A stretch of DNA of 64,000 nucleotides from Octopus vulgaris. Lineage: Eukaryota. The notes under the pieces were generated by a model that ran no database searches, was not told the DNA's origin, and worked only from the letters and a program-made list of their open reading frames with translations. Each line of letters opens with the position of its first letter. Position 1 is the first letter of the stretch. The DNA is taken from contig OX597838.1 of assembly GCA_951406725.2 (NCBI GenBank), positions 38,316,001-38,380,000 on the forward strand, given 5' to 3'. This document shows positions 43,640 to 56,689 of the stretch, piece by piece. Both the position numbers and the translations under genes were made by a program.

Positions 43640-44715
43640 TTGCGGTGATGGTGGTGGAAGAGGTTACTGTGATGGTGTCGGTGGTGGTGGTGGTGGTGGT
43701 TGTGGTGGTGGTGGTCGGAAGTGTTGGTGTCGATGGTGTCGGTGGTGGTGGTGGTGGTGGTGGTGGTGGTGGTGGTGGTGGTGGTGGTGGTGGTGGTGGT
43801 GGTGGTGGTGTTGGTGGTCGGTGGTGTTGGTGTTGTTGTTGGTGGTGGTGGTGGTCGGTGGTGGTGGTGGTGGTGGTGGTGTTTGTAGCAATTGTAGGGG
43901 TGGTGGTGATGGTGGTGGCGATGGTGATCGTAGTCGTGGTGGTTGTAGTCGCGCGGTGGCGGCGATAATGTTGGTTATGGTTTGGTGCGGGTGGTGGTGG
44001 TGGTGGTGATGGCGACAGTGACAGTGGTGGTTGAGTTGGTCATGGTTCTTTCGGCAGCGATAGCAGTTGTGATGGCGGCGGCGCGCTAGTGATAGCAGTG
44101 GTGGTAGTGGTGGTGGTAGTGGCGGCAGCGGCGACAGTGGTGGCAGCGAGTGTGATGGTGATGTCATGTGACTGACTCGGGTGATATTTGCAGCGTAATG
44201 TCTTCCGCTTCGCGCGCAATTTTCCTTTTGTGTTCCAGCGTCCATTTTCTCGGCCGTCACAATTGAAAAGTGCATCTCCAACTCCGTCACTGGCAGCAGC
44301 AATGTCAGACACCAGACCACCACCACCACCACCACCACCACCACCACCACCACTACCGCCACCACCACCACACCAACCACCACACCAACCACCAGGCCAA
44401 ACCATTGCTGCTGTTCCATCAACAACAACAACAACAACATCAAGGATGGACAATCTTCGACCGACCTATATCGAAAGAAAGAACTGCTAACGCCATTTGT
44501 CACCACTACCGCCACCACACCATCAGTAAACATCCGCAAGTGCAACAACTCCCACCGAACTAATTCTCGGGAACTACAACTAGAACCATCACCCACACCA
44601 CCGCCGCCGCCGCGACCATCTCCACTGCAGCCAGTCTCCACCACCGCTACAATCATGACCATCACCACCACCATCACCATCGCCACCATCGCTACCGTCA
44701 ATACCAACATCATCT
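43640..44715. repeat. (GGT)n-rich tract and (ACC)n-rich tract facing each other around a unique core of about 150 bp
   Basis: GGT-rich 43640-44160, unique 44165-44310, ACC-rich 44310-44715. Confidence 0.85.
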
Positions 44716-44779
44716 ATTATCTTTTTATTCTTTTATCGTTCTTCACTTTTTAATCATTTTACTTGCTGCAGTCATTAGA

Positions 44780-45124
44780 CTGCGTCGCACCTTGGGCAAG
44801 TGTCTTCTGCTATAGCCCCGGGCCGACCAATGCCTTGTGAGTGGATTTGGTAGACGGAAACTGAAAGAAGCCTCTCGTATATATGTATATATATATATGT
44901 GTGTGTTTGTGTGTCTGTGTTTGTCCCTCTAGCATTGCTTGACAACTGATGCTGGTGTGTCTACGTCCCAGTCATTTAGCGGTTCGGCAAAAGAGACCGA
45001 TAGAATAAGTACTGGGCTTACAAAGAATAAGTCCCGTGGTCGATTTGCTCGACTAAAGGTGGTGCTCCGGCATGGCCGCAGTCAAATGATTGAAGCAAGT
45101 AAAAGAGTAAAAAGAGTAAGAGTA
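44780..45124 (+). mobile_element. 5'-truncated SINE family A nested in an older antisense family A copy (about 44755-45262)
   Basis: Old tail upstream (TTTTACTTGCTGCAGTCATTAGACTGCG), old head downstream (TACCAAATGCTCTCAG...GCCCAAG..CCAC). Confidence 0.82.
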
Positions 45125-45447
45125 TACCAAATGCTCTCAGAAGGCTGTCGTCAGCGAAAGGCTTTAGAAGATATTTGCCCAAGCGCCACAGAGTGAGACT
45201 GAACACAGAGCCATGTGCTTATGTGGTCGAGAAGCAAATTTCCTTCCATACACTATGCTCCTAGTAGTATGTATATGCATATATCCACACACGAAGGTAA
45301 TAATATAGGAGAAAATCTTTGTGAAGATATTATTGATTCTATTATTATTTAGTGTAACAATTAAAAATAATGATAATAAGTGAATCAATAACATATATAT
45401 GTGTGTGCATGCATATACATATACATATATATATAGGTATTTGTATA

Positions 45448-45678
45448 AGGAGGCGAGCTGGCAGAAACGTTAGCGCCCCGGGCGAAATGCTTAGCGGTAT
45501 TTCGTCTGACGTTATGTTCTGAGTTCAAATTCCGCCGAGGTAGACTTTGCCTTTCATCCTTTCGGGGTAGATAAATAAAGTACCAGTTTCGCACTGGGGT
45601 CGATGTAATCGACTTAATCCATTTGTCTGTCCTTGTTTGTCCCCTCTATATTTAGCCCCTTGTGGGTAGTAAAGAAAT
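45448..45678 (+). mobile_element. SINE family B
   Basis: Full consensus match; ATATATATAGGTAT on both flanks. Confidence 0.9.
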
Positions 45679-45749
45679 ATATATATAGGTATATTTACGC
45701 ATATATATATATGCATGTGTATATATATCTTTCTCTCTTTTTCCATTTT

Positions 45750-46272
45750 TCTTTTATTTGTTTCAGTCATTTGACTGCGGCCATGCTGTAGCAGCTCCTT
45801 TAGTCCAGCAAATCGTCCCCTGGACTTATTCTTTGTAAGCCTAGTACTTATTCTATCGAGCTCTCTTGCCGAACCGCTAAGTTACGGGGTCGTAAACACA
45901 CCAGCATCGGTTCCGGATTCAGTCCCACTGCGTGGCACCTTGGGTAAGTGTCTTCTACTATAGCCTCGGGCCGACCAAAGCCTTGTGAGTGGATTTGGTA
46001 GATGGAAACTGAAAGAAGCCCGTCGTATATATGTATATGTATATATGCGTGTGTGTGTTTGTGTGTCTGTGTTTGTCCCCCTAGCATTGCTTGACAACCG
46101 ATGCTGGTGTGTTTATATCTCCGTTACTTAGCGGTTCGGCAAAAGGAACCGATAGAATAAGTACTGGGCTTACAAAAGAATAAGTCCCGGGGTTGAGTTG
46201 CTCGATTAAAGGCGGTGCTCCAGCATGGCCGCAGTCAAATGACTGAAACAAGTAAAAGGGTAAAAAAGGGTA
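45750..46272. mobile_element. Family A 3' half (-, 45750-45912) fused to a 5'-truncated family A copy (+, 45909-46272)
   Basis: Junction CCAGCATC-GGTT-CCGGATTCAG shares GGTT. Confidence 0.88.
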
Positions 46273-47699
46273 ATATATATATATATACACACACACACTC
46301 ACAGTTATAACTAACATTGTGTGACGTATCTGGTAATCACATGTTAACAAAGTTTTCGATGTTAATATATAAAGTGATATCTTCCGTTTTTTCTTATGAC
46401 GTCATCATCGTATTTCCCTGACAAACCGTGCCAGACGGAGCGAGTAAGTTTTACAACCAATTGAGAACTGCAAAAGATCTCCACCTAAATTTCCTGTAAA
46501 TTACAGTGCTTATCGGTTTAAATCATGAATTGGATAATGGTATGCTGTCATTGATATACAAAAACAGAAATAAAATAAAGAAAAGAAAGATGGCTGCTGG
46601 AACTGGCATGGTTGTGTAGTTAAGAAGTTTATTTCGAGTCCACGTTGATTTCAGATTAGTCTTACAAGGCAGTATCTTTTGTCCACTTACGCGGTGACCC
46701 AATGCTTTCAGAGTGAATTTTGTCGAGGGACAATGAATTAGGTTCGTCCTTCATACATACATACATACATACATACATACATACATACATACATACGTAC
46801 GTACGTACATACATACGTACATACATACATACGTACGTACATTCTTTCTCACTTTGCACCTCACTGATTCTGTCGTCAAGCCAATCCTTGGCACGCTCTC
46901 TTTCTTCTCCCCTCTTTAATTCCTTCTTTCTCTCTCTTCTCCCCCCTTTGGTGCCTTTGTCCCCCCTTTTTCTCTCTCTCTTTGATTCCTTTGCCCCCTT
47001 TTTTTCTTTCTCTTCTCCTCTCACGTGACCGCCGGTCAACTAGCCTTTCGGCTTCTGACCACCGCCACGACAACATCGATTTCTTCGTCTGCCGTAAAGG
47101 CATTTTTCCCAAATACGCCAGCTAAGCTAAGTTGAACTGTCTAAAGACGTAAGACACCCGCTGTTTTTGTCCTGTTATTATTATTATTGTTTTTTGTATT
47201 TATATTCGTGTGGCATCGTCCGTCTTTCTGTCCTTGTTTCGTATACATTCGATCCTTTTTCCAAGAAATCTAATGCTCGTAGCTTAGTTTTTCCTTGGGA
47301 CTGGCCGGATCGGAGCGATCTAAAGATTAATCATCCGAAATTGCGAGGATGATCCGGTTCTTGACTGAAGATAAGAGGCTTTTTTGTGTCGTCTCTTTGT
47401 GTTCTTTGCGTTCTTGTCCCATTTTGTATTTTTATATATATTTTTTATACATACATACATACATACATACATACATACATACATACATACATACATACAT
47501 ACATACATACATACATACATACATACATACATACGTACATACATGATGCAGTTTTGTATCTTGGTTGGAAACTGGTTCCACCCTCACTGGAAGATTTATA
47601 AGAAATAGAAATAGAAGAATTTATAAGAAATAGAAGAGATACATACATACATACATGCATACATATATGTATGTATGTATATGTATGTATATGTGTGTA

Positions 47700-48105
47700 T
47701 ATATGTATATATGAGTCATTATTCAGTTTTCTTTGAAGATTTCTTGCCAATTGAGAAAGTACTGGTTTCTAACCCAGATCCAAGGCTCCTTCATTGGAAT
47801 TTCAACATCAACATGGTATTTTTGTATGTATGCGTGCAGGTTTTTATGTATGTATGTAAATCACTGGAACTGTAAAAATCTGTACTGAAGTACATTTGAG
47901 TACATATGTAAATGTCTAGATATGCAACTATATGCATAAGAATACATACATAAAAATCTGCTCGTATACATATATAAAAAATATCCTGTTGATGTTGTTG
48001 AAATTCCAATGAGGATCCTTGGATCTGGGTTAGAAACCAGTTCTTTCTCAATTGGTAAGAAATCTTCAAAGAAAACTGAATTATGACACATATATACACA
48101 TGTAC
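47700..48105. repeat. Inverted duplication, arms about 160 bp, spacer about 88 bp; spacer plus right arm recur at 60832-61177
   Basis: ATTCAGTTTTCTTTGAAGATTTCTT...GGAATTTCAACA and its reverse complement; arm fragment also at 12419-12468. Confidence 0.85.
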
Positions 48106-48392
48106 ATACATACATACATACATACAAACATACATACATACATACACACAGGCACATACACATGATATATGCACCATGTAAGCATATTTATTTGTATATA
48201 TGTATACATATATATGTACATATGTGTGTGTATAAATATATATATATATATATGCACACGCATGCACACACACACGCACACACACATATAAAGTAGATGA
48301 AAAATATGAGATGACACACGAATAAACGATTATCTTACAAATCTCATTAGCATACAGCTGTTTCTACTGGCCTCAAACATGAAGTGTAATTA

Positions 48393-48443
<51 letters not shown>

Positions 48444-48522
48444 ATATATGTATGTATGTATGTGTGTGTGTGTGTGTGTCAGTGTGTATGTATATATATA
48501 TATATATATATACATATATATT

Positions 48523-48753
48523 AGGCGGCGAGCTGGCAGAAACGTTAGCACACCGGGCGAAATGCGTTGCCGTATTTCGTCTGCCGTTACGTTCCGAGTT
48601 CAAATTCCGCCGAGGTCGACTTTGCCTTTTCATCCTTCCTGGTTCGATAAATTAAGTACCAGTTACGCACTGGGGTCGATGTAATCGACTTAATCTCTTT
48701 GTCTGTCCTTGTTTGTCTCCTCTGTGTTTAGCCCCTTGTGGGTAGTAAAGAAA
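48523..48753 (+). mobile_element. SINE family B
   Basis: Full consensus match. Confidence 0.9.
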
Positions 48754-48911
48754 TATATGTACATATATATCTCTATATATAATATATATGTAGTCTTCGT
48801 TACAATATCACAAATCAGGAGAAGAGTATACCCTATAAAATATAAAGCAGTTGTTTATTTTTGCATGTGTAAAGTAAACAGTTTAGGAAAAAACATTATT
48901 CTTTTATTCTT

Positions 48912-49259
48912 CTATTCTTTTATTTGTTTCAGTCATTTGACTGCGGCCATGCTGGAGCACGGACTTTTGTCGAGCCAGGATTTCTTCTTTGTAAGCCTAG
49001 TACTTATTCTATCGGTCTCTTTTGCCGAACCGTTAAGTGACGGGGACGCAAACACACCAGCATCGGTTGTCAAGCTATGCTGGTGAGACAAACTATGACA
49101 CACAAACATATACATACATACATATATATATATGACGGGCTTCTTTCAGTTTCCGTCTACCAAATCCACTCACAAGACTTTGGTCGGACGGGGGCTATAG
49201 TAGAAGACACTTGCCCAAGGTGCCACACAGCGGGACTTAACTCGGAAGCCTGTGGTTGG
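48912..49259 (-). mobile_element. SINE family A, near full length
   Basis: Reverse complement of the consensus, lacking the first about 35 bp. Confidence 0.88.
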
Positions 49260-50520
49260 CAAAAAAATTGTGATGAGTGGTTTCATGAAGATTTAGCTGC
49301 TGTTTCTAGTACATCCCACTACCACTTTTTTCGTTTCTTTGTCACTGTCATGTATTGACGTTTTTCAATAACTTTCTCCCCATAAGCACATTTTATGGAA
49401 TGATAATACGGAAGTCACGCATGCGTGGTACATTGCTGAATTCTAAGCAACAACAACAAAAAAAATTTGAAATTTAAATCCCTCCTCCTCCCCCACGCAA
49501 GCGAGACTGTGTGTGGGGAGTGTATGTGTGTGTGCGTGTATGTGTGTGTGTTTGTGTGTGTGAGAGAGAGAGAAAGAAAGAGAGGGAGAAAGAGAAATAG
49601 AGGGAGAGAGAGAGAGATGAAACGCATTATTTACTGATAGAAAAGTGTTATTAAAATACATTATCTTTTAAATCACCTTTTTTAAATTACTGGGGACAAA
49701 TTCCACCACTGACCCTCTCAAGCTCCCCAATACTTTAAAATTATTAACAAAATCAATGGAGTGTGGAAAAAATCAGATATTTTCAATTTTTTTTTTTAAT
49801 AACTTAAATGTGCTTATGGGGAGAAAATTATTGAAAAACATCGATACATGTTATTCTTTTTTTTTGTTACTGAAAAGGCTTCTTCCATTATTTTTAAGTG
49901 CGCATTACAAAAAAAATTGGCCAAAATGTGTCCGGGTAAGGATGGGAAGAGTGGGAGGTGAAAAATAAATTGGAAAAAATCACCGTCAAAGTGGAAAAAT
50001 TCGAAACTGCCATTATTGGAATTAGTCTTGACTCATTTTGCCAGAATTTAGACATAATTTTCAGAACGGATATTATCAAATTAGACCTTAGTGTGGGGTA
50101 AAATTAACATGGAATTCAACAGAGAAAAGGATATTAATTGTTAAACACTAAAAATTATCCGGGTATTTTATTAGCAACCTCAATTACAATCGGATCGAAT
50201 TTGAGAAACATTTTTCAACACTCTCTCAACTTCAACAACTACGCTGACCAATTTTAACTCCCAAATATGATGCAACAGAAGAAATAATGCGATGTGCCCC
50301 AGCATGACCGCAGTCTAATGACTGAAACAAGTAAAAGGTAAAGGTAAAAGGTAACAGTTCGAAACAGGTTGGAGAGAATAAGAAGAAATCAGAAGCTACA
50401 TATTTTGCCCCACACTTGTAGTAATTTCAAATGTTTGACGAACTGCAATGGTACAAAATGGCGAAAGATATAGACAAAAGAAAGAAAAAGTTTCGATTTA
50501 ATGAAAATCATTTGAAGATA

Positions 50521-50914
50521 TCTTTATATATAAAAGTGAAGTTGTGTGTATCTGTCTCCTACGATTTAGATTCCTAACTACTCCCATATTTTGCAGTGCA
50601 GTTTAACCAAAACCGGGTATCTTATAGTCGTGATTCATATCGAGCCCTTCTGGGTATTAGCGCGCGTCTACGATCAGTCTACGATCTAAAAAAAAATTAC
50701 CATCATTTTTTCCATTTTAATGCATTTTTTTCGCTATTATATAAGGGAACTCTCTAAGAATGTCTACGATGAGTCAACGATTTAAAAAAAAATTTACCAT
50801 AATTTTTTTTCCATTTTTAATGCATTTTTTGCTACTTTTTGGCTATAAATCTCTAAAAATGCTTATATAGTTATTTCCCTTACAAACCCGAGCAACGCCG
50901 GGCAATACTGCTAG
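50521..50914 (+). mobile_element. Non-autonomous Helitron (394 bp, internal duplication of about 89 bp)
   Basis: A|TC start, CCCGAGCAACGCCGGG hairpin, CTAG|T end; sister copy at 55756. Confidence 0.9.
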
Positions 50915-51478
50915 TATGCAATAATTCTGAAGCTGAAAGAAAAACATTTTAGTTGTAAAGCGAAATTCAAAATTTCTCACTTGTTCGTTCGTAAAGTGAG
51001 ACCAGTTTTCGGTGCTTCACAGAAATAATGTACTTTACGAGTGTCAATATATGTATGTTCGTATGTGTGTGTGTTTGTGCGTGTGTGTGTATGTGCTTGA
51101 GTGTATGTGTGTGTGTGTGTGTGCCTTTAATTCCAGGGCCATTGCTCATTCATGGTTGAAAAAGCAAATTTGAACTTCTTTCTCTTAATGCATTTCTTTT
51201 TCTTTCCATTCGTACTTACACACAAGCACACACACACACATACAGACACACACACACACACATACAGACACACACACACACACAGACACACACACACACA
51301 CATATACACATACACACACACACAAACAGTCATATGCACACACTTTCTCGTGCATACATACGTCAATTGTAATCTGCTTCAGTGTTTATTATTCTCTGGA
51401 GGCTAAGTGCTAGGCCCAACCCAACGCCAAACACCCCTTGGAAAATGAAGAGATGACGGTTTTCTTATATACATATAT

Positions 51479-51889
51479 ACTCTTACTCTTTTACTCTTTT
51501 ACTTGTTTCAGTCATTTGACTGTGGCCATGCTGGAGCACCGCCTTTAATCGAGTAACTCGACCCCGGGACTTATTCTTTTGTAAGCCCAGTACTTATTCT
51601 ATCGGTCTCTTTTGCCGAACCGTTAAGTAACGGGGACATAAACACACCAGCATCGGTTGTCAAGCGATGCTAGGGGGACAAACACAGACACTCAAACACA
51701 CACACGCCTATATATATACATATATACGACGGGCTTCTTTCAGTTTCCGTCTACCAAATCCACTCACAAGGCTTTGGTCGGCCCGAGGCTATAGTAGAAG
51801 ACACTTACCCAAGGTGCCACACAGTGGGACTGAACCCAGAACCATGTAGTTGGTAAACAAGCTACTTACCACACAGCCACTCATGCGCC
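51479..51889 (-). mobile_element. SINE family A, full length
   Basis: Reverse complement of the consensus. Confidence 0.92.
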
Positions 51890-51998
51890 TATATATATAT
51901 ATATGTTGTTGTGTCTGGGGAGAGTCTTTCTCTTTTAGTGCCTTAATCATTTAACACACACACTGATAAAGTTTCCGCTCATTTACTTATATATTTTT

Positions 51999-52036
51999 CC
52001 TAAAATTTTCGTTGCGTCTTGCAACCTTTTCAATAG
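51999..52036 (-). ncRNA. Minimal hammerhead-like motif, U3-A8 core
   Basis: CTA-TTGAAAA-G-GTTGC(AAGAC)GCAAC-GAAA-AT-TT-TAG on the minus strand. Confidence 0.55.
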
Positions 52037-52048
52037 TCGTTGGCAACG

Positions 52049-52120
<72 letters not shown>

Positions 52121-52306
52121 ATATATATTTTATATATTTATATATTTATATATTTTTATATATTTTTTATATATTTTTTATGTATTTTTTATATAATTTT
52201 TATGACGAAAAATGCGAGCGATGTATAAGTACGCAGGCAAGCAGAGTTATAACAGAGTAATTTCCCTTTATTTAACGGTATTTTTTCATAACGTTTTCAA
52301 ATAGCC

Positions 52307-52369
52307 AGATAACCGAAGAGATGGTGTTGTGGATTTCCACTTCGGCATCTGAAACTCAGAGTTTTATCT
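52307..52369 (+). ncRNA. Hammerhead-like motif with a C at position 4
   Basis: AGATAA-CCGAAGA-GATG...CATC-T-GAAA-CTCAGAG-TT-TTATCT; one extra base before GAAA. Confidence 0.6.
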
Positions 52370-52395
52370 TGACTACCGAGTAATGTAACATATTG

Positions 52396-52424
<29 letters not shown>

Positions 52425-52427
<3 letters not shown>

Positions 52428-52578
52428 CGACAGGGTTTTTTCGGTTTCTGTCTACACAAAGCTTTCATCAGTCTAAGGTTATAATAGGCGGCACTTGTTG
52501 AAGGTGCCACGCAGTGGAACTGAACTTGGAAGTATCTGGTTGGGAAGCAAACTTCTTACCACACAGCAGCTCCTACGC
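52425..52578 (-). mobile_element. SINE family A, old 5' half
   Basis: AAGGTGCCACGCAGTGG.ACTGAAC...CTTACCACACAGC. Confidence 0.75.
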
Positions 52579-52585
52579 GACTAAC

Positions 52586-52644
<59 letters not shown>

Positions 52645-52843
52645 CATTTTATATTTTCAAATTAAAATTCTTTTGTATAAACTCTACGGATACACACGGA
52701 TTTACACATGCATGTTCGGTAAATGGAGAACTATTGTATGATAAACATGATAACATTTAGTCTCTGACACCTGGAGACGAGCTCCGGAAAGCACGCTAAT
52801 GGGTTATTACGTACACAATATGCAATAATACATGCATAAGGTA

Positions 52844-52874
<31 letters not shown>

Positions 52875-52965
52875 GCGCTCGTGTGTGTATGTAAACAAAT
52901 CCAAAATTTAAATAATTTACTTATGACGCTTTGGAATATATCTCCTTGGACCTGAAGCAGTTTAA

Positions 52966-54053
52966 CCCATTCATGCCGATCGTCCGTTTAAGCTGACACT
53001 TAATTTATAAGTGTGTAAAGCAAATACTTGATGCAAATTTCAGATTTGTGTATGATTGGCAAGGGCTTTGAAATAAAACCAAGAAGAAGTTCCAGACACC
53101 CAGCTGAGTACTTGATAGACACTGAATTTGCTGACGACATCGCTCTTATCAGTGATTCTCTCTTCAATGCCCAGTCTCTTTTACAATCTCTTGAAAAAGC
53201 CTCAAATTGTGTAGGTCTTTACCTCAATGAGGCCAAGACTGAATACATAAACAAGTGCCTGTCCAACAGTGATTGCATCATCCATACTCTCAACAATACG
53301 CCCTTAAATATGGTTTCTGATTATAAATATCTTGGGTCATACATATCATCATCTGGAAAAGACTTTCTAACTAGAAAGGGTATGGCCTGGTCAGCCTGTA
53401 ATGACATGCATAAGATCTGGTCATCAAATCTAAGTAGAGACTTCAAACTTGAAATCTTCAGAGCCACAGTCAAACCATTTCTACTATATGGCTCAGAAAC
53501 CTGGACGTTATCAAAGAAGCTTGAGAGGCGGTTGGATGGAACCTACACTCGCCTCCTTATGAGAGGTCAAAATCTCTCGTGGAAGCGCCATTCAACCAAA
53601 ATGCAAATATATGAGAAACTACCACCTGTGTCATCTCTTGTGAAAGGTAAGAGAGTCCAGTTTGCTGGACATTGTTGTAGAGCTGAAAAAGAGGTAATTT
53701 CTACTCTTCTCCTCTGGAAGCCATCTACTCGCAATACCAGAGGGCGCACACTCTCCTACCCTGATGTAATCTCCAGGGATACAGGCATCCAGCAACATGA
53801 CCTCCGTAATGCCATGATGGACCGTGAAGTCTGGCGTAGCATGGTAAATTCCATTGTCTCGACCACGGTCGAACAATGATGATGATGATGTGTATGATCT
53901 GTATCAAAGAATGAAACATGTTCTTAATGCGTATGAAGTCTGTACCAAACAGATTTCAATGAAGTTTTTTCCACTTGTTATTTAGGTCAAAATAATAATA
54001 TCTGTGAATTTCCAGGCAAATTCATTCGCCAGAATAATTTCGACACGAATGGT
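52966..54053. mobile_element. piggyBac-like miniature element (TTAA flanks) interrupted by an RTE LINE
   Basis: TTAA-CCCATTCATGCCGA ... TCGACACGAATGGT-TTAA, 11 of 14 terminal inverted repeat positions match. Confidence 0.55.
53057..53888 (+). mobile_element. 5'-truncated RTE-clade LINE, RT C-terminal ORF still open (about 273 codons), (GAT)n tail, 10-bp TSD
   Basis: FADDIAL, GLYLNEAKT, YKYLGS, LLYGSETW, FAGH motifs; TSD TGTGTATGAT at 53047-53056 and 53889-53898. Confidence 0.92.
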
Positions 54054-54844
54054 TTAAAACCTCTCAGGAGAAATACAACTAGGTAATCACTCAATTTACT
54101 ATTTTTTACTGACAAAAAGTTTACTATGTATCATAAAACCATAAAAAACATTCTTCAGTAACAGAAAGTAACATAAATATAGCAGAAGATAGCACAACAG
54201 CGAGAAATCATTTTCGAGTTTTTCAATAAAAGCTCGCGAGTGGAAAATATATTTTTACAGCATTCAGATGTGCGAATGAAGGCAAAGAATATGTCTGACT
54301 CATTGAATTTCATCGTCTTGCATATAGTTTATTTTAAAGAAATTCATACGGAAAGAGCTTTGATCAGCGATGATGTGTTAGTCATTAAAACACGACCAGA
54401 AGTCAAAAATTATTCGCAATTTTGCCCAAATTTTCATTAGCTTGGCAGCACTGCATTTAGCGTTCTACTACTAAATGGTTGCCTTGTAGTGGGTACGTGA
54501 CTAAGGTTTGAACTTGAACACTTCAGATTGCTTTCTTGTGCTACAGAGTGAAATGGCGGGTTTGCTGGCTGTGTGCACCAAGAAAGAATAAAGATCCGAT
54601 TTATGTGTCATGGGCTGAAATTCTTCTCTGACTTTCCGTATAATACACGGACAGCGCTCTACCAAAACTCGAAGTCTATTGGTCAAGAAAGTGTTATTTT
54701 TTTCACGACAATACACACCCACATAAGCTATCCTTCATCATTAAAACCATTCAAAAATTGGGTTTTCAGTTGCGGTAACGTACTGCATATAGTCCAAATG
54801 CCGCCCCATCTGAGTGTCACACATTTAGACCCCTCAAACATGGG

Positions 54845-55165
54845 TTCTGATGACGAGTGTTCCTCTTGATGAGGTCAGCGGAAATTAATGTGAAAGTGGT
54901 CGTGAAATTAATGTGAAATTTATGTGAAAGTGGCTGAGCACTCCAAAAACACGCGTACCCCTTAACGTAGTTCTGAGAGAGATTCAGTGTGACAGCGTGG
55001 GAATCTTGGTCCTTTTGAATTACCGCTACAACTCATTTTTACCAGCTGAGTGGACGGGGGCAAGGTGAAAAAAAAATGTCTCTCTCAAGGAAACGCTGTA
55101 CCACCATAAATCGAACTCACGACCGTGAGGTGAATGTCTCTAACCCCGAAGCCATGTACCTTCAC
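54845..55165 (-). mobile_element. SINE family C, diverged (further fragments at about 11180-11286, 15780-15968, 17035-17170 and 24480-24604)
   Basis: AAGTGGCTGAGCACTCCA, TTAACGTAGTTCT, CCAGCTGAGTGGAC and TCGAACTCACGACC shared with 3980-4307. Confidence 0.8.
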
Positions 55166-55755
55166 TATCTATCATCTATTCTTAAGAGCATAGCTGAAAA
55201 TTTCAGTAAATTAATGACTGTCACCATTATGATGTGAAGATAGAACTATCTTAACGTCCATTTATAACTACGTATAACTTCCGGTCTATTATACTTCTCC
55301 CTACACATCATCCTTCATATTGGACTCCTTTTAAGCCACAATAATACCTTACCTTTCATTCAATCGATCATAAATAATGATTATAATTTTGTATAATAGC
55401 AAAACAATAAAGAAAAAAAACAGCGAATGGTAATCATAACAACGAAAATTACAAAAATTAATTATAACAGTAATTGTCCGCTCACTTTCTTCATTATCTG
55501 GTGAACTGCTTTGTGAGTGAGGTACAAAATTTTGTTGATTATGTATTTTTATATTTAATTTTCAAAACATTCGCTACAATGTGAATGTTACTAATTGCAG
55601 CATTTTAAGCCAGAGAACATTCTTCTTCCTAAAGATATTTCTGCATGGATCACACTAAGCTCCAGACAACATCAGCCGACTACTAAACACAATGTGTTCA
55701 GTGATTTTACCCCTTCAGTGATGTATACCTCTACGATCATTTGAAGTTAGACATA

Positions 55756-56060
55756 TCTTTATATATAAAACCAAAGCTGTGTGTGTGAGACTCTGTCTCC
55801 TCCGATTTACATTCCTAACTACTCCCACATTTTGCGGTGCAGTTTAACCAAAAGCGGATATATTATAGTCGTGATTCATATCGAGCCCTTCTGGGTATTA
55901 GCGCGCGTCTACGATGAGTCTACGATTAAAAAAAAAATTACCATCATTTTTCCGCATTTTTAATGATTTTCGCTCAGTTATATAAGGAAAGTAACTCTCT
56001 AAAAATGCTTATATAGTTATTTCCCTTACAAACCCGAGCAACGCCGGGCGATACTGCTAG
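55756..56060 (+). mobile_element. Non-autonomous Helitron (305 bp)
   Basis: A|TC start, hairpin and CTAG|T end; colinear with 50521-50914. Confidence 0.9.
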
Positions 56061-56216
56061 TATATATATATATTTCGATGCGAATGTTTTTTTTTTTATT
56101 ACGGCGCCGTGATTTACAATCCTGTAAATAAAAACAATGGTACTTTTTTATATAAGTTTAAAGCTTATGGCGATCACCGTACAATGACTAAAGAAAATAG
56201 TCCAATAAAGGGGCAG

Positions 56217-56289
56217 ATAAGCCCTCGACAGAAAAAGAAAGCTTTCCTATCAGCAGGAAAGCTTTCTTTTTTTTATGTCGAGGGCTTAT
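56217..56289. repeat. Palindrome with arms of about 32 bp and a 6-nt loop
   Basis: ATAAGCCCTCGACA..AAAGAAAGCTTTCCT-ATCAGC-AGGAAAGCTTTCTTT..TGTCGAGGGCTTAT. Confidence 0.85.
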
Positions 56290-56318
56290 ATGAAAGTACC
56301 ATTGTTTATATATACATA

Positions 56319-56541
56319 CGAGGTCTGATCAATAAGTGTCCGGACTGTTATTGTCCTTGAACTCTGCCGTACATGCGCACTAAGTTTTAACGTTCTAGCT
56401 CATTTCCACTTTTTAGAGCAGTGCTTGGAAGGAACGTAAGTAGCGTGTGATCGTCGCATTGACCATAATAGAGTAAGTTGTCACAGCGATACCTGCCCAG
56501 AGATCTACGCAAAGTTGCAGAAAGTGTATGGAGAAGAGTGT
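56319..56541 (+). mobile_element. mariner left end with transposase N-terminal remnant
   Basis: TA-CGAGGTCTGATCAATAAGT terminal-repeat-like start; DTCPEIYAKLQKVYGEEC resembles the first mariner HTH. Confidence 0.7.
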
Positions 56542-56689
56542 ATCTTTTCTTTTGTCTTGCTCGCTTACGTTCTGGAGTTTACTGAATTTTCTTGAGAACA
56601 ATCTTTTCTTAGTGGTCAGACCATATTGGATCTACCTCTAGCATAATGGATGTCCACTTAGTTATCATCCCTCTTTTATATATATACAT

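Noticed and set aside
43664-44713. 349-aa minus-strand ORF as a gene
   Set aside because: Its length is explained by GGT/ACC repeats lacking stops; no recognisable domain
54845-54890. CTGATGA...GGAAA hammerhead
   Set aside because: It is the decayed SINE-C tail; stems I and III do not form
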